Assembly: GCA_036785375.1 (NCBI GenBank)
Contig: JAWMAR010001015.1
Coordinates: 1-64,000, forward strand
DNA length: 64,000 nt
Direction: 5' to 3'
DNA from: Leucoraja ocellata
Lineage: Eukaryota
Positions 13,005-24,604 of the stretch are shown in pieces; within the stretch, counting starts at the first letter, position 1, and each line of letters begins with the position of its first letter. A program made the translations under genes and the position numbers. The notes beneath the pieces are model-generated. The model searched no databases. It was not told the DNA's origin and saw nothing but the letters and a program-made list of their open reading frames with translations.

Positions 13005-15662
13005 TCTGACGTTCCTGACAGCGCCATCCAGCTATCGGGGCGTCATTTACTCCGAGCGGACAGGACATCAGACTCTGGTAAGACCAGAGGGGGGGGTCTG
13101 TGCATTTATGTAAACAAAGCATGGTGCACGGACTCCATCATCATCGAGAGTCACTGCTCAGCTAACCTTGAGTTCCTCTTGGTTAGATGCAGACCGTTCT
13201 ATCTGCCCAGAGAGTTCACCTCCACTGTTGTGACTGCAGCCTATATCCCCCCTGATGCTAATGCCAAGCTTGCAATGAAAGAGCTGCATACTGCCATTAG
13301 CAAACAACAGACGCACAACCCCGAGGCAGCCTTCATTGTTGCGGGTGACTTCAATCACTGCAACCTGAAGACTGTACTCCCCAAATTCCACCAACATGTA
13401 TCCTTCCCCACTAGAGTAGACAAGACACTGGACAAAGTCTACACCAACATGGCTGAAGCTTACAAAGCCATCCCCCTCCCCCACCTTGGTCAGTCTGATC
13501 ACGTCTCATTGTTCCTGCTCCCTAAGTACTCCCCACTCATCAGACGGGTTAAACCAACTGTGAGGACAGTTAAAGTCTGGTCAGAGGAAGCGGACTTCAC
13601 ACTTCAGCAGTGTTTTGGAAACACTGACTGGAAGGCGTTTGCAGCCCAGGCCACCCTTGGCTCTCACACGGACATTGATTCCTACACATCCTCTGTTCTG
13701 GACTTTATAAACTCCACCATCAATAGTGTCACCTCCCTCAAACAGGTGACCATATACCCGAATCAGAAGCCATGGATGAACAGCGAGGTCAGGCTACTGC
13801 TGAAAGCACGGGACACCGCTTTCAGGTCAGGCGATGCTCGAGCCTACAGTTCATCCAGGGCTAACCTGAAGAGGGGCATCAGGAAGGCCAAGCACTGCCA
13901 TAAGCTCTGGATTGAGGAGCACTTCAACAACAACTCCGACCCCCGACGCATGTGGCAAGGCATCCAGGCCATCACGGACTACAGACCCTCCAACATCACC
14001 CCCACATCCAGCGACGCCTCCTTCCTTGAGGAGCTTAATCACTTCTATGGCCGCTTCGACAGGGACAATCTAGAGACAGCCATCAAGGCTGTGCTACCTG
14101 CCGATCACCAACCCCTCACACTCACCCCCTACGACGTGTACGTGGCACTGAGTAGGACTAATGCACGTAAAGCTGCTGGCCCTGACGGCATCCCCGGGCG
14201 CGTGCTCAGGGCCTGTGCTGCGCAGCTGACAGACGTCTGGACTGACATCTTCAACCTGTCACTTGCCCAAGCAGTTGTCCCCACTTGCCTTAAAGCCACC
14301 TCCATCGTGCACGTGCCAAAACACTCCACTGCGGCAAGCCTCAACGACTTCCGCCCAGTTGCACTTACCCCCATTATCACCAAGTGCTTCGAGAGGCTGG
14401 TCCTGGCACACCTCAAAAGCTGCCTACCCCCCACACTGGATCCCTATCAGTTTGCCTACCGCAAGAACAGGAGTACGGAGGATGCCATCTCAACGGCACT
14501 TCACTCCGCCCTCTCCCACCTTGACAACAGAGACACTTATGTAAGAATGCTGTTCATCGATTACAGCTCAGCATTCAACACCATTATTCCATCAAAACTG
14601 ATCACCAAACTCGGTAACCTGGGCATCGACCCCTCCCTCTGCAACTGGATACTGGACTTTCTAACCAACAGACCCCAGTCTGTGAGGTTAGACAAGCACA
14701 CCTCTTCAACCCTCACCCTGAACACCGGCGTTCCTCAGGGCTGTGTGCTGAGCCCCCTCCTCTACTCCCTCTTCACCTATGACTGCACACCTGTACATGG
14801 TACTAACACCATCATCAAGTATGCAGATGATACAACGGTGATTGGCCTCATCAGCAACAACGATGAGCTGGCCTACAGGGAGGAGGTCCAGCACTTAGCA
14901 GCATGGTGCGCTGACAACAACCTGGCCCTTAACTCCAAGAAGACCAAGGAGCTCATTGTAGACTTCAGGAAGTCCAGAGGTGGCACGCACACCCCCATCC
15001 ACATTAACGGGACGGAGGTGGAACGTGTTTCTAGCTTCAGGTTCCTGGGAGTCAACATCTCCGATGACCTCTCTTGGACCCACAATACCTCTACTCTGAT
15101 CAAGAAGGCTCATCAGCGTCTCTTCTTCCTGAGGAGACTGAAGAAGGTCCATCTGTCTCCTCAGATCCTGGTGAACTTCTACCGCTGCACCATCGAGAGC
15201 ATCCTTACCAACTGCATCACAGTATGGTATGGCAACTGCTCTATCTCCGACCGGAAGGCATTGCAGAGGGTGGTGAAAATTGCCCAACGCATCACCGGTT
15301 CCTCGCTCCCCTCCATTGAGTCTGTCCAAAGCAAGCGCTGTCTGCGGAGGGCGCTCAGCATCGCCAAGGACTGCTCTCACCCCAACCATGGACTGTTTAC
15401 CCTCCTACCATCCGGGAGGCGCTACAGGTCTCTCCGTTGCCGAACCAGCAGGTCGAGGAACAGCTTCTTTCCGGCGGCTGTCACTCTACTAAACAACGTA
15501 CCTCGGTGACTGCCAATCGCCACCCCCCCCCCCCCCCCCCCCCGGACACTTATTATTATGTATTCAAATCGTTTGCTATGTCGCTCTTCAAGGGAGATGC
15601 TAAATGCATTTCGTTGTCTCTGTACTGTACACTGACAATGACAATTAAATTGAATCTGAATC
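13005..15662 (+). mobile_element. Rex1/Babar-clade non-LTR retrotransposon, 5'-truncated, young
   Basis: Uninterrupted APE-RT reading frame from about 13005 to 15509, short 3' UTR, (tgaatc)n tail. Confidence 0.9.
13179..15509 (+). CDS. Rex1/Babar AP-endonuclease/reverse transcriptase polyprotein (N-terminally truncated)
   Basis: [52 protein letters not shown] motifs. The frame continues upstream in phase (DVPDSAIQL..RGGGLCIYVN). Confidence 0.9.
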   Translation: MVRCRPFYLPREFTSTVVTAAYIPPDANAKLAMKELHTAISKQQTHNPEAAFIVAGDFNHCNLKTVLPKFHQHVSFPTRVDKTLDKVYTNMAEAYKAIPLPHLGQSDHVSLFLLPKYSPLIRRVKPTVRTVKVWSEEADFTLQQCFGNTDWKAFAAQATLGSHTDIDSYTSSVLDFINSTINSVTSLKQVTIYPNQKPWMNSEVRLLLKARDTAFRSGDARAYSSSRANLKRGIRKAKHCHKLWIEEHFNNNSDPRRMWQGIQAITDYRPSNITPTSSDASFLEELNHFYGRFDRDNLETAIKAVLPADHQPLTLTPYDVYVALSRTNARKAAGPDGIPGRVLRACAAQLTDVWTDIFNLSLAQAVVPTCLKATSIVHVPKHSTAASLNDFRPVALTPIITKCFERLVLAHLKSCLPPTLDPYQFAYRKNRSTEDAISTALHSALSHLDNRDTYVRMLFIDYSSAFNTIIPSKLITKLGNLGIDPSLCNWILDFLTNRPQSVRLDKHTSSTLTLNTGVPQGCVLSPLLYSLFTYDCTPVHGTNTIIKYADDTTVIGLISNNDELAYREEVQHLAAWCADNNLALNSKKTKELIVDFRKSRGGTHTPIHINGTEVERVSSFRFLGVNISDDLSWTHNTSTLIKKAHQRLFFLRRLKKVHLSPQILVNFYRCTIESILTNCITVWYGNCSISDRKALQRVVKIAQRITGSSLPSIESVQSKRCLRRALSIAKDCSHPNHGLFTLLPSGRRYRSLRCRTSRSRNSFFPAAVTLLNNVPR

Positions 15663-15753
15663 AATTCAGTCACTTTCTCTCACTGCATGGGTTCTCCCTG
15701 TCAACCTCTCTCAGGGGGCTAACTTTACACTGCTTACAGTTTCTCTGCAGCTT

Positions 15754-15757
<4 letters not shown>

Positions 15758-15798
<41 letters not shown>
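15758..15798. repeat. (CT)n microsatellite
   Basis: Direct reading. Confidence 0.95.
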
Positions 15799-15799
<1 letters not shown>

Positions 15800-15802
<3 letters not shown>

Positions 15803-16470
15803 GTTATCTGTAAACTGACCGGTGAACCTCACTCCCTTCTCTCTCGGCTTGATATCTGTACACTGTGTTGTGAATCTGTGGAATTCTCTGCCACAGACAA
15901 CAGTGGAGGCCAATTCACTGGATGTTTTCATGAGAGAGTTATATTGAGCTCTTGGTGCTAAATGAATCAAGGAATATGGGGAAAAAGCAGGAACGTGGTA
16001 CTGATTTTAGATGATCAGCCATGATCATAAGGGTCAAATGGCCTACTCCTGCACCTATTTATCTATGTTTCTGTTCTACACTGACTGGTGTCTCCCAATC
16101 CCTCTCTCTCATGGGGATATCTGTACGCTGACCAGTGTCTCTCAATGCCTCTCTCTTGGCATGTTTNNNNNNNNNNNNNNNNNNNNNNNNNNNNNNNNNN
16201 NNNNNNNNNNNNNNNNNNNNNNNNNNNNNNNNNNNNNNNNNNNNNNNNNNNNNNNNNNNNNNNNNNNNNNNNNNNNNNNNNNNNNNNNNNNNNNNNNNNN
16301 NNNNNNNNNNNNNNNNNNNNNNNNNNNNNNNNNNNNNNNNNNNNNNNNNNNNNNNNNNNNNNNNCTGTAAACGGATCGGTCTCCCTCATTACCTCTCTCT
16401 TGGGACATTGTTCCACTGTCAGGGGTATATCTGTACACTCATACATGGGATATCTACAGTCTGATACCAT
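15800..16470. repeat. Degenerate ~45-bp satellite (gatatctgtacactgac.ggtgtctctcagtccctctctc), block 1, flanking the N gap
   Basis: Motif variants near 15823, 15851, 16075, 16115, 16365, 16425 and 16448. Confidence 0.7.
16167..16364. other. Assembly gap (198 N)
   Basis: Run of n. Confidence 1.
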
Positions 16471-17146
16471 TATACCAGCCAAGCTCATTTAAGACCATTA
16501 TACCAGCCAAGCTCATCACCAAACTCGAGGGACTTGGAGTCAGTACTCACCTCTGCAGCTGCATCATTGACTTCAGTTCAGTTCAGTTTAGTTTATTCTC
16601 ATGTGCACAGTGGCATTGTGAAAAGCCTTTGTTGTGTGTTAATCTGTCAGCAGAAGGACAATGCATGATTACAATTAAGCCATTTAAGGGCCTGCCCCAC
16701 TTAGGCGACTGCCTGCAACTGTCATAGTAGTAGAATGCAGCCGAAAAACCAGCGACTTGACCCCCCCACAACAATGTGTACGACAAACTCCAACAACATA
16801 CCACCGAGTCGAAGTCAAGCTAACGCAAGCTACCGACAACCGGCGACCCAATCGTCGTGACTTGGGACGTCCACCTACGACAACCTACGACGAGACCTAC
16901 GACAATCTACGACCACACAGGCGACAACCGGTCAACTTGCATCCACCCGCAACAAGCCACGACAAGTTACGACTGTCGGAGACAACCGAAGACAATTCAT
17001 GTCATTTTGGCCTCCAAAACAATGGAATTATAAGAGGGGATGTATTGTTTCCAACATCTGAGGACATTGCTCTCACATGAAGAAGCCCTGCTGCTTGCAG
17101 CAGCCCTCATGCTTAAAGATCAGCAAGACAGAAGGACAAGAATGGT

Positions 17147-18769
17147 GGCCGATTAGGAAAGGGGGAGATGCAACGAGACCTGGGTGTCATGGTACACAAG
17201 TTATTAAAAGTAGGCATGCAGGTGCAGCAGGCAGTGAATGGTATGTTAGCATTCATAGCAAAAGGATTTGAGTATAGGAGCAGGGAGGTTCTACTACAGT
17301 TGTAAAGGGTCTTGGTGAGACCACACCTGGAGTATTGCGCACAGTTTTGGTCTCCTAATCTGAGGAAAGACATTCTTGCCATAGAGGGAGTATAGAGAAG
17401 GTTCACCAGACTGATTCCTGGGATGTCAGGACTTTCATATGAAGAAAGACTGGATAGACTTGGTTTGTACTTGCTAGAATTTAGAAGATTGAGGGGGGAT
17501 CTTCGAGGCAGCAGCCTACAGAGAGGAAGTCCTGAAGTTGACAACCTGGTGCTCAGAAAACAATCTGGCTCTGAACACCAGGAAAACAAAAGAGCTCATT
17601 GTCGACTTCAGGAGGCACAGCACCGACTTAGCCCCCCTACACATCAACGGCGAGTGTGTGGAGAGGGTCAACACCTTCCGGTTTCTCGGTGTCCATATCG
17701 CTGCTGACATCTCCTGGACGGACAACACGACAGCGGTCATCAAGAAGGCTCAGCAGCGGCTGCACTTCATGAGGGTCCTCAGGAAGCACAACCTGGACTC
17801 TAACCTGCTGCTGACCTTCTACCGCTCGTCCATCGAGAGCCTGCTGACATACTGCATTACAGCATGGTATGGCAGCTGCACCATGGCAGACAGGGAGAGG
17901 CTTCAGAGGGTAACCAGGACAGCGCAGAGGATCATTGGCTGCCCTCTCCCCTCCCTGATGGACATCTACACCTCCCGCTGCCTTAGCAGGGCAAAGAAGA
18001 TCATCAAAGACAGCTCCCATCCTGCGTTTGGACTGTTCGACCTGCTGCCCTCTGGAAGGCGCTATAGGTGCATCAAATCCAGGACAAACAGACTCAGGAA
18101 TAGTTGCTTTCCGAGAATTATATCTACTATAAATTCAAATTCACACAAGCACTGACTACACCGCCCAACACGGACTACCATCTGTATATATGTATATATG
18201 AATGTAGCGCCGCAGAATTTGTGCACCTATTCCCCCTCCCCCCCCAAATCCCTTCTGTTTTTTGTTTTCTGTCTCTTGTTTTTTTGTGCTAAATTGTATG
18301 TATGCACTGAGTACGAGCAGCTTTCAGTTTCACTGTACATGTATAGTGACAATAAATGGCATATCTATATCTATATCTTATAGAAACTTACAAAATTCTT
18401 AAGGGGTTGGACAGGCTAGATGCAGGAAGATTGTTCCTGATGTTGGGGAAGTCCAGAACAAGGGGTCACAGTTTAAGGATAAGGGGGAAATCTTTTAGGA
18501 CCAAAAGGAGGAAAACATTTTTCACACAGAGAGTGGTGAATCTCTGGAATTCTCTGCCGCAGAAGGTAGTTGAGGCCAGTTCGTTGGCTATATTTAATAC
18601 GGAGTTAGATGTGACCCTTGTGGCTAAAGGGATCAGGGGGTATGGAGAGAAGGCAGGTACAGGATACTGAGTTGGATGATCAACCATGATCATATTGAAT
18701 GTCGGTGCAGGCTCGAAGGGCCGAATGGCCTACTCCTGCACCCATTTTCTATGTTTCTATGTTTCTAAG
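17147..18769 (+). mobile_element. CR1 3' fragment nested in the Harbinger remnant
   Basis: CR1 C-terminal motifs on both sides of the Rex1 insert; (ctatgttt)n tail; aagaatgg repeated on both flanks (candidate TSD). Confidence 0.85.
17504..18374 (+). mobile_element. Rex1/Babar 3' fragment nested in CR1
   Basis: ORF 17538-18155 ([31 protein letters not shown]). It splits CR1 at gatctt|atagaaac with atctt duplicated. Confidence 0.85.
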
Positions 18770-19044
18770 AAGAATGGGTAAGAGGAAGTCCAAGAAGAGG
18801 TGTGTGTGTGGTTGATGCCCTTGTCCCTGTAGAGACCCAGGTTGGGCCAATATGACAACCTGATGACTGAGCTCCAGCAAGAAGATGAGGCTGCCTTCAG
18901 AAACTTCACCAGGCTTCCCCCTGAGCTGTTTCAGGAGCCGAAGACACTGGGTGGGCCGTCTCCTGGAGAAAAAGGGGACTCATGGAGGAGCCACTGTTGT
19001 AGCCTGGTGTAGCTAGTCACGTCAACTGTTGCCGATGGTCGCCA

Positions 19045-19340
19045 GCTGTCGTAGCATGTCGCCGGTTTGGTCATAGCATGTTGCTGGTATGGTCATAGCA
19101 TGTCGCCGGTATGGTCGTAGCATGTCGCCGGTACGATCGTAGCATGTCGTTGGTATGGTCATAGCATGTCGCTGGTATGGTCATAGCATGTTGTTGGTAT
19201 GGTCATAGCATGTTGCCGGTATGGTCATAGCATGTCGTTGGTATGGTCATAGCATGTTGCTGGTATGGTCGTAGCATGTCGCTGGTATGGTCGTAGCATG
19301 TCGCTGGTATGGTCGTAGCATGTCACCGGTATGGTCATAC
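19045..19340. repeat. 22-bp tandem repeat, about 13 copies
   Basis: Unit tagcatgtcgc(c/t)ggtatggtc(a/g); probably an expanded subterminal region of the Harbinger element. Confidence 0.9.
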
Positions 19341-19634
19341 ATTGTTGTAGATTGTCACCGATATAGGCGTAGATGGACTTCATTCATAGCATCACGACTG
19401 GCTGTTGTAGCTTGACTTCTGTGCTCTATCTACCTCATTGGAGATCCTCGCACTATCTTTGATCAGAATTTACTGGTTTTATCTTGCACTGAACTTTATT
19501 CATGTTATTCCCTTCATCATGTTTTTGCTCACTGTGCTCAATTGTAATCATGTATTGTCCGTCTGTTGTCTGGTAAACATGCAACTAAAGCTTTTCACTG
19601 TACCTCGGTACATGTGACAATAAACTCAACTCAA

Positions 19635-19895
19635 ACTGACTGGTGTCTCTCAGTCCTCTCATTGATGTGGATATCTGCACTAACTGGTCTCTCTCAGTCC
19701 CTCTCTCTCACCACGATATCTGTACACTAACTGGTCTCTCTCAGTCCCTCTCTCTCACCACGATATCTGTACACTGACCGGTGAAATTTAGCCCCTCTCT
19801 CCCAAGGCAGGGGATATCTACATTGACAGATGTCCCTCTCTCTCAGGGGGATATCTGTACACCGACTTTTAACTCAGCCCCTCACTGGGGATCTG
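19635..19895. repeat. Degenerate ~45-bp satellite, block 2, immediately upstream of the VH promoter
   Basis: About 6 copies of gatatctgtacact(g/a)ac(t/c)ggt.tctctcagtccctctct; same family as 15800-16470. Confidence 0.8.
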
Positions 19896-20121
19896 AGTGA
19901 CCTCTTGCTCCACAAAGTGTTCATCATTGTAATGAGTGGATGGAGCAGAGTGGGATCAATCTTTAATCCGGATCTCATCATTGCCCCTCCACCTGTTGTG
20001 GAGACAAACACCTTTTGGGGAATTGAACTGGGTGCTGGGGGCAGGGACAGGAAGCCGCGCCTCTGGTTTCAGTGGGTGGGGAAACCGCGGCTACCTCTCT
20101 CTCTGTCTCTCACTCACAGCT

Positions 20122-20137
20122 CACTTTCCTATTTAAA
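20122..20137 (+). promoter_or_regulatory. Putative VH promoter: TATA-like TATTTAAA preceded by an Ets/IRF-like CACTTTCC
   Basis: Lies about 90 bp upstream of the leader ATG; the assignment is positional only. Confidence 0.5.
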
Positions 20138-20226
20138 CAGCGCTGACTGCTGCTCCCGACAAAGCCGGCCTTGAGCTGAAGCCGCCCATTCCTGGAGTGT
20201 CCAAGTGTGTGTCAGTGCTCAGAGTG

Positions 20227-20272
20227 ATGGGGGTCGCTGCTTATCTCTGTCTCCTTCTGTCCTGTCTGCCAG
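20227..20272 (+). CDS. IgW: IgW heavy chain leader exon ([16 protein letters not shown])
   Basis: Hydrophobic signal peptide of 46 nt, phase-1 donor CCAG|GTGGGT, 130-nt intron to the V exon. Confidence 0.95.
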
Positions 20273-20402
20273 GTGGGTGCCCCCCCGCGGCGGGCGGGCG
20301 GGCGGGCGTCACCCCCACTCGGGGCCGGGCTGCTTCTCGGACACTCTTTGACCCTCTGCCTCTTCAACTGTTTATTCAACTTTGTTTCTCTTTTATTGAC
20401 AG

Positions 20403-20700
20403 GCGTTCGATCCGCGGTCGTGCTGAATCAGAAACCGACCGAGGCGGCAAAGTCTGGAGAGTCCCTCAAACTGACCTGTGTAACCAGCGGGTTCAGCCTC
20501 AGCGGCTACCACGTGAGCTGGGTGAAACAAGTCCCCGGGAAAGGGCTGGAGTGGGTGGCGGTGATGCAGAATAATGGTAACAAACTATACGCGCCTGCCT
20601 TCAGCGGCCGATTCGAGGTTTCCAAGGACAACAGCAATGTCTATCTCCAAATGACCCGCCTGAGTCTGGCCGACACGGCCACCTATTACTGTGCGAGAGA
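20403..20700 (+). CDS. IgW: IgW VH segment, germline and unrearranged, open frame
   Basis: Acceptor ttttattgacAG. [52 protein letters not shown]. Canonical VH FR2, so not an IgNAR V. Confidence 0.97.
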
Positions 20701-20739
20701 CACAGTGAGAGGAAGCGGGGCCGGGCCGGTACAACAACC
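20701..20739 (+). promoter_or_regulatory. VH 3' RSS (23-bp spacer)
   Basis: CACAGTG-23-ACAACAACC. Confidence 0.95.
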
Positions 20740-20947
20740 CAGGGGAGAGAGAACCTGCCGTCAGCTCGGAGCCAAGCGCCGTGGGTGGATCTGGAGTCAC
20801 GGGTCGATCAGAACCGGTGTCCGTCTCTGACACACGGTCAATGGTTGGGCGAGAAGGAACATCGATGAACAGAGAGAGACCTTGGGCTCCAAGTTGACAG
20901 TCGGACGTGCGGAGTAACTGGGCTCGGAGACAGTGAGAGAGGATGTG

Positions 20948-21026
20948 GGTTATTGTACGGCGGTGAATCACTGTGACTATATGGGTGGCACAGTGTGAGA
21001 GATGGGACTTCCTCAATACAAAAACC
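20948..21026 (+). other. DH1 segment (ACTATATGGGTGG, 20976-20988) with 5' 12-RSS and 3' 22-RSS
   Basis: GGTTATTGT-12-CACTGTG | D | CACAGTG-22-ACAAAAACC, the usual elasmobranch D1 configuration. Confidence 0.95.
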
Positions 21027-21353
21027 TGCCGCAGCCAAACGCTTTAAATCACGTCTCTGGGCGCTGCCGCCGCCGCCTTTCCTCGGGACCCGTGGATATA
21101 AACCAGATCCAGAGTGCATCATCTGGCACAGGGAACAAGTTCCACTGGAGATGTGGGAACACAAACAGCGAGGAGCCGCTGTGGGTCGAGGCACGGTGAC
21201 AGTCGCGGTGGGTTATCTCCTGTCCACTACAGGGCTGCAATGGCCGAGACTGGACACTGCTGTGTGGGACACATGGACACACATGGACGGGGCTTTAATT
21301 AAACCGTTGCCCACTCTGGCCAGTGTTGGATTTCGGGCTGGATGTGGTAGCGC

Positions 21354-21419
21354 AGTTTGTGAGCGGCGGTGAATCACCGTGTATACTGGCCCACGGCGGT
21401 GGAGAGCTGAACAAAAACT
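21354..21419 (+). other. DH2 segment (TATACTGGCC, 21382-21391) with 12/12 RSSs
   Basis: AGTTTGTGA-12-CACCGTG | D | CACGGCG-12-ACAAAAACT. Confidence 0.9.
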
Positions 21420-21745
21420 GCCCCCGACATATGAGCGTCCGCAGCGCAGTCTGTCTCCATCCATTGAGCATTGCTGCTTGCCAAAGTCAAATCCCTGAAG
21501 CCTGGCTCGCACTGCAGGGAAGAAATGTCCATTTCTGGCCGGTTAAAAGCCCGAAAGGAAGCGATTGTGTTTGTGAGGGACGGCCAGAGCCGTTGGCAGC
21601 AGACGGCAAAAATGCCTCTTTTATTCACACCAGAGGTTGAACAAGGACGGAGATTGGGATGGAAATGCAGGAAACGGCTGCTCCTGGTCCGGGCAGAGTT
21701 CACGTTGACACTTTGCTGAGATTATTGGATGTGGAGGGCGAGTGG

Positions 21746-21784
21746 AGTTATTGTACTGACTGAGTGGGAAAATGAATCAGTGTG
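21746..21784 (+). promoter_or_regulatory. JH 5' RSS (23-bp spacer)
   Basis: AGTTATTGT-23-CAGTGTG. Confidence 0.9.
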
Positions 21785-21832
21785 ATTATCTTGACTACTG
21801 GGGTGCAGGAACCTCGCTGACAGTGACTTCAG
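21785..21832 (+). CDS. IgW: JH segment (YLDYWGAGTSLTVTS)
   Basis: WGxG motif, phase-1 donor TCAG|GTAAGA. Confidence 0.97.
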
Positions 21833-22029
21833 GTAAGACCAATTCCTCAATTCCATTTTACCCAGTTGTGTTTTATTAATGTATGGTCTTTGCCAATTCT
21901 GTAATTGACCTGAACTCGGTGTGATATTTGGAACGGATTTCCCGGACACGGGCGGGTTTCTCCAGAGTTAGAATCTACCCAGCAACAGTACATTTCCCAC
22001 CACGTTGAACTGCCCCACAGGCTGTTCTT

Positions 22030-23330
22030 TCCCTGAGTCTCGCCATCATCTGCCTTCAGTCCATCTTGTGCATGCCGACCAAGCTGGCTTTCTGGGCTCG
22101 GCCCATTGGCCACATACCCTTCTCATCCATATACCGGATTTTTCGTAATTCTATCTGCTTTTATAGTTTTCTCTGGCAACTCATTCCAGATACTGCCTAC
22201 CCAATGTGAATAAAAATGCCCTTGAAGTCCCCTTTTAAATCTCTCCCCACTCACCTTACGCCTGTGCCCTCTTGTTTTAGAAACCTCTATCCTGGGACAA
22301 AGCCTGTGAGCGTGCACCTTATCCATGCCCCTCATGATCTTGTTCACCTCAATAAGGTTACTGCGCAGTGTCCTTTGCCCCAAAGGGGAAAAAACCCACC
22401 TTATCCTCCCTCTCCCTAAAACAGAACCTCACATGTCCAGACAATATCTTGGTGAATCTTTTCCAAGTCCTTTCCAATATAATGACATCCTGTAGTTGGG
22501 TGAGCAGAACTACACACAGTACTTACTCCAAGCGTGGTCTCACCAATGACTTATACAGCTGCATCATCATGTCCCAACTTTTATACGCAGTACCCTTCCC
22601 ATCGAAGGCAGTCTGCCAAAAGCCACCTCAGCTCCCTGTCCATCTAACTCGCCACTCTCAGCGAACCATGCCTCTGCATTTCCACATCTGTCTGTTCTAC
22701 AACACTCTTCAGGCGCTACCATTTACTGTGTAAGTCCAGCCCTGGTTTGATCTACCACAGTTCAACACTCCCTCACTTGTCAGAGTTAAATTCCATTTGG
22801 CATTCCTTGGCTCACTTTCCCAACTGATCTTGATCTTATTGTAAACTTATCCCTCTCACTGTCCACTCATGCTCTGATTTTGGTGTCATCTGCAAACTTA
22901 CTATCAATGTCCACTATATTGTATGGCAAACTGTTAATGTAGATAACCAACAACAGTGGTCTCTGCACTGACCCCTGCAGTAGTCCACTTCCTCCAAGCT
23001 AATTTAGTTCATGTTGGGTTTCATGAGATCTAACCTTCCACGCCAGCCCACCATGCCAGACCTTATTGAACCTTATCAGGTCCATGAGGCACAATTTCCC
23101 CAACACAAGCCATGCTGTCCCTAATCCTTGGCCCACCCTCCCAAATGATCTAGATCTTGTAAATTTAGGACTATCCCAAATCAGTCCGTGTCTATCCAAA
23201 TATGGGTAGTTCCTATCCCTAAGGACATTCCCACCAATGACGTCAGGCTCACTGGTGTAGATCCCTGGCTTGGCCCTAATGTCCTTCTTCAATTACGCGT
23301 CAGTATCAGCCACCCTCCAGTCTTTTGGAG
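22030..23330 (-). mobile_element. Old, degenerate CR1-like LINE in the J-CH1 intron
   Basis: NLIEVNKIMRGMDKV..KTRGH and scattered RT remnants. Confidence 0.7.
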
Positions 23331-24604
23331 ATTAATCTGCCTGTTTCCACACTATTAATCTATGACGCTATGACTCCAGTACCTGCTCCCGCAAAGCGAT
23401 CCCATCAAACACATCCAGGTCAGACAGAGCATGAGTCAAATGCAGAATAAATCTCCCCGTGTCACTGTGCTGTCAGCTACAGATTAGATACAAAGTTCCA
23501 TCTTCCTGTCCCAACACTCCCAGGGAAGGGACAGCACAGGTTAGACAAGGAGTGAGGCTCCATCCAACCTGTCTCCACACACACCCAGGGTACGGGTTAG
23601 TCACTGAGTGAAGTTCCCTCTACACTCTCTCCCAGTGCAGGGACAGTGTGTTTGACAGAGAGTCGAGCTCCCTCTACATTGCTCTGTCAAACACTCCTTG
23701 TGTAAATGCTTCAGAACACAGAACATTCCCTAGATTGTAAAACACATTGATGCTGGTTCAAAAACAAAGGTTCACAATAATGAATGATTTGAAAGTAATG
23801 AGAGAATGTTGTACATGGTTCTACTGTAGATGTGGGGTTTAGTACACCTGGTTTTCGTGGCGTCTTGTATTGAATTTCAACATTTAGAGATCCTTAGTAA
23901 GTCAATACCTTTTATTCTTCATTGTGAATTCACTGATGCGCATAGTTTAGATTCTGAGTCAAGTTGCTTGGTGTTTTTGACGTGGGTTTTGCTGCACAAA
24001 AGAGCTGCTTTTTCCCAGTTCACAGATGGAGGCACGGCTCTAATTTGCTGCCCTCCTCCGCCAGCCGACTGACTGGGTTTGTCCAACACGTGCTTTGTTC
24101 CATTAACCAGGGCTGCTGGTGTCTCAGTGAATCTCAGTGATTGACAGAGCACCTTTCATGGTGTTCCCGAGCGCTTCACAGGCAGTGAGGCATGTTCACA
24201 ATAGAGCCGTGTTGTAAAGGAGGGACTGTGGATCCACTCTGCACACAGCAGAATCGGCATACCGCTGGTGAGGGGAAAATGTTGTCCGAGACACCACAGT
24301 TACAGTGATCCAATGGACGGGCATCAGGCTACAATCAGACCCCAGTTTAATTCCGTAACAACTGTGGAATTTAAACTTTGTTCGTAATCTGGGACAGATT
24401 GGACCAGTGTCAGATTTTCTTTTGTTAGTAACCTGGATTTTGTGCACAAATCCACAGTAATGATGACCTCTCAGTTTCCCCGCTGTCCCTCAGAGGAGGA
24501 GATCTATTGTCCTTACCCAGTCGAGCCTATTTCTGACCCCTGACCCAGCAACGCAATTGGCACTAAATGCCCCCAGGATGGCAACCCAGACGGGAAGTTT
24601 ATTG

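Larger units (their letters stand above)
16687..19400 (+). mobile_element. PIF/Harbinger DNA transposon remnant, interrupted by nested LINEs
   Basis: Left end agggcctgccccactt resembles the TIR of the MITEs at 30012 and 48258. About 18835-18940 reads RPRLGQYDNLMTELQQEDEAAFRNFTRLPPELFQE, a Harbinger transposase N-terminal motif. The right end is approximate. Confidence 0.65.

Noticed and set aside
13851-15389. Antisense and alternative-frame ORFs over the Rex1 element and over Ig exons
   Set aside because: Shadow ORFs of GC-rich coding sequence.
16011-16492. ORFs spanning X runs
   Set aside because: Artefacts of the N gap.
19045-19340. 22-bp repeat array as a CRISPR array
   Set aside because: Units are contiguous with no unique spacers, there are no cas genes, and the context is vertebrate.
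20403-21832. Germline-joined VDJ, common in elasmobranchs
   Set aside because: All segments are separate with intact RSSs.
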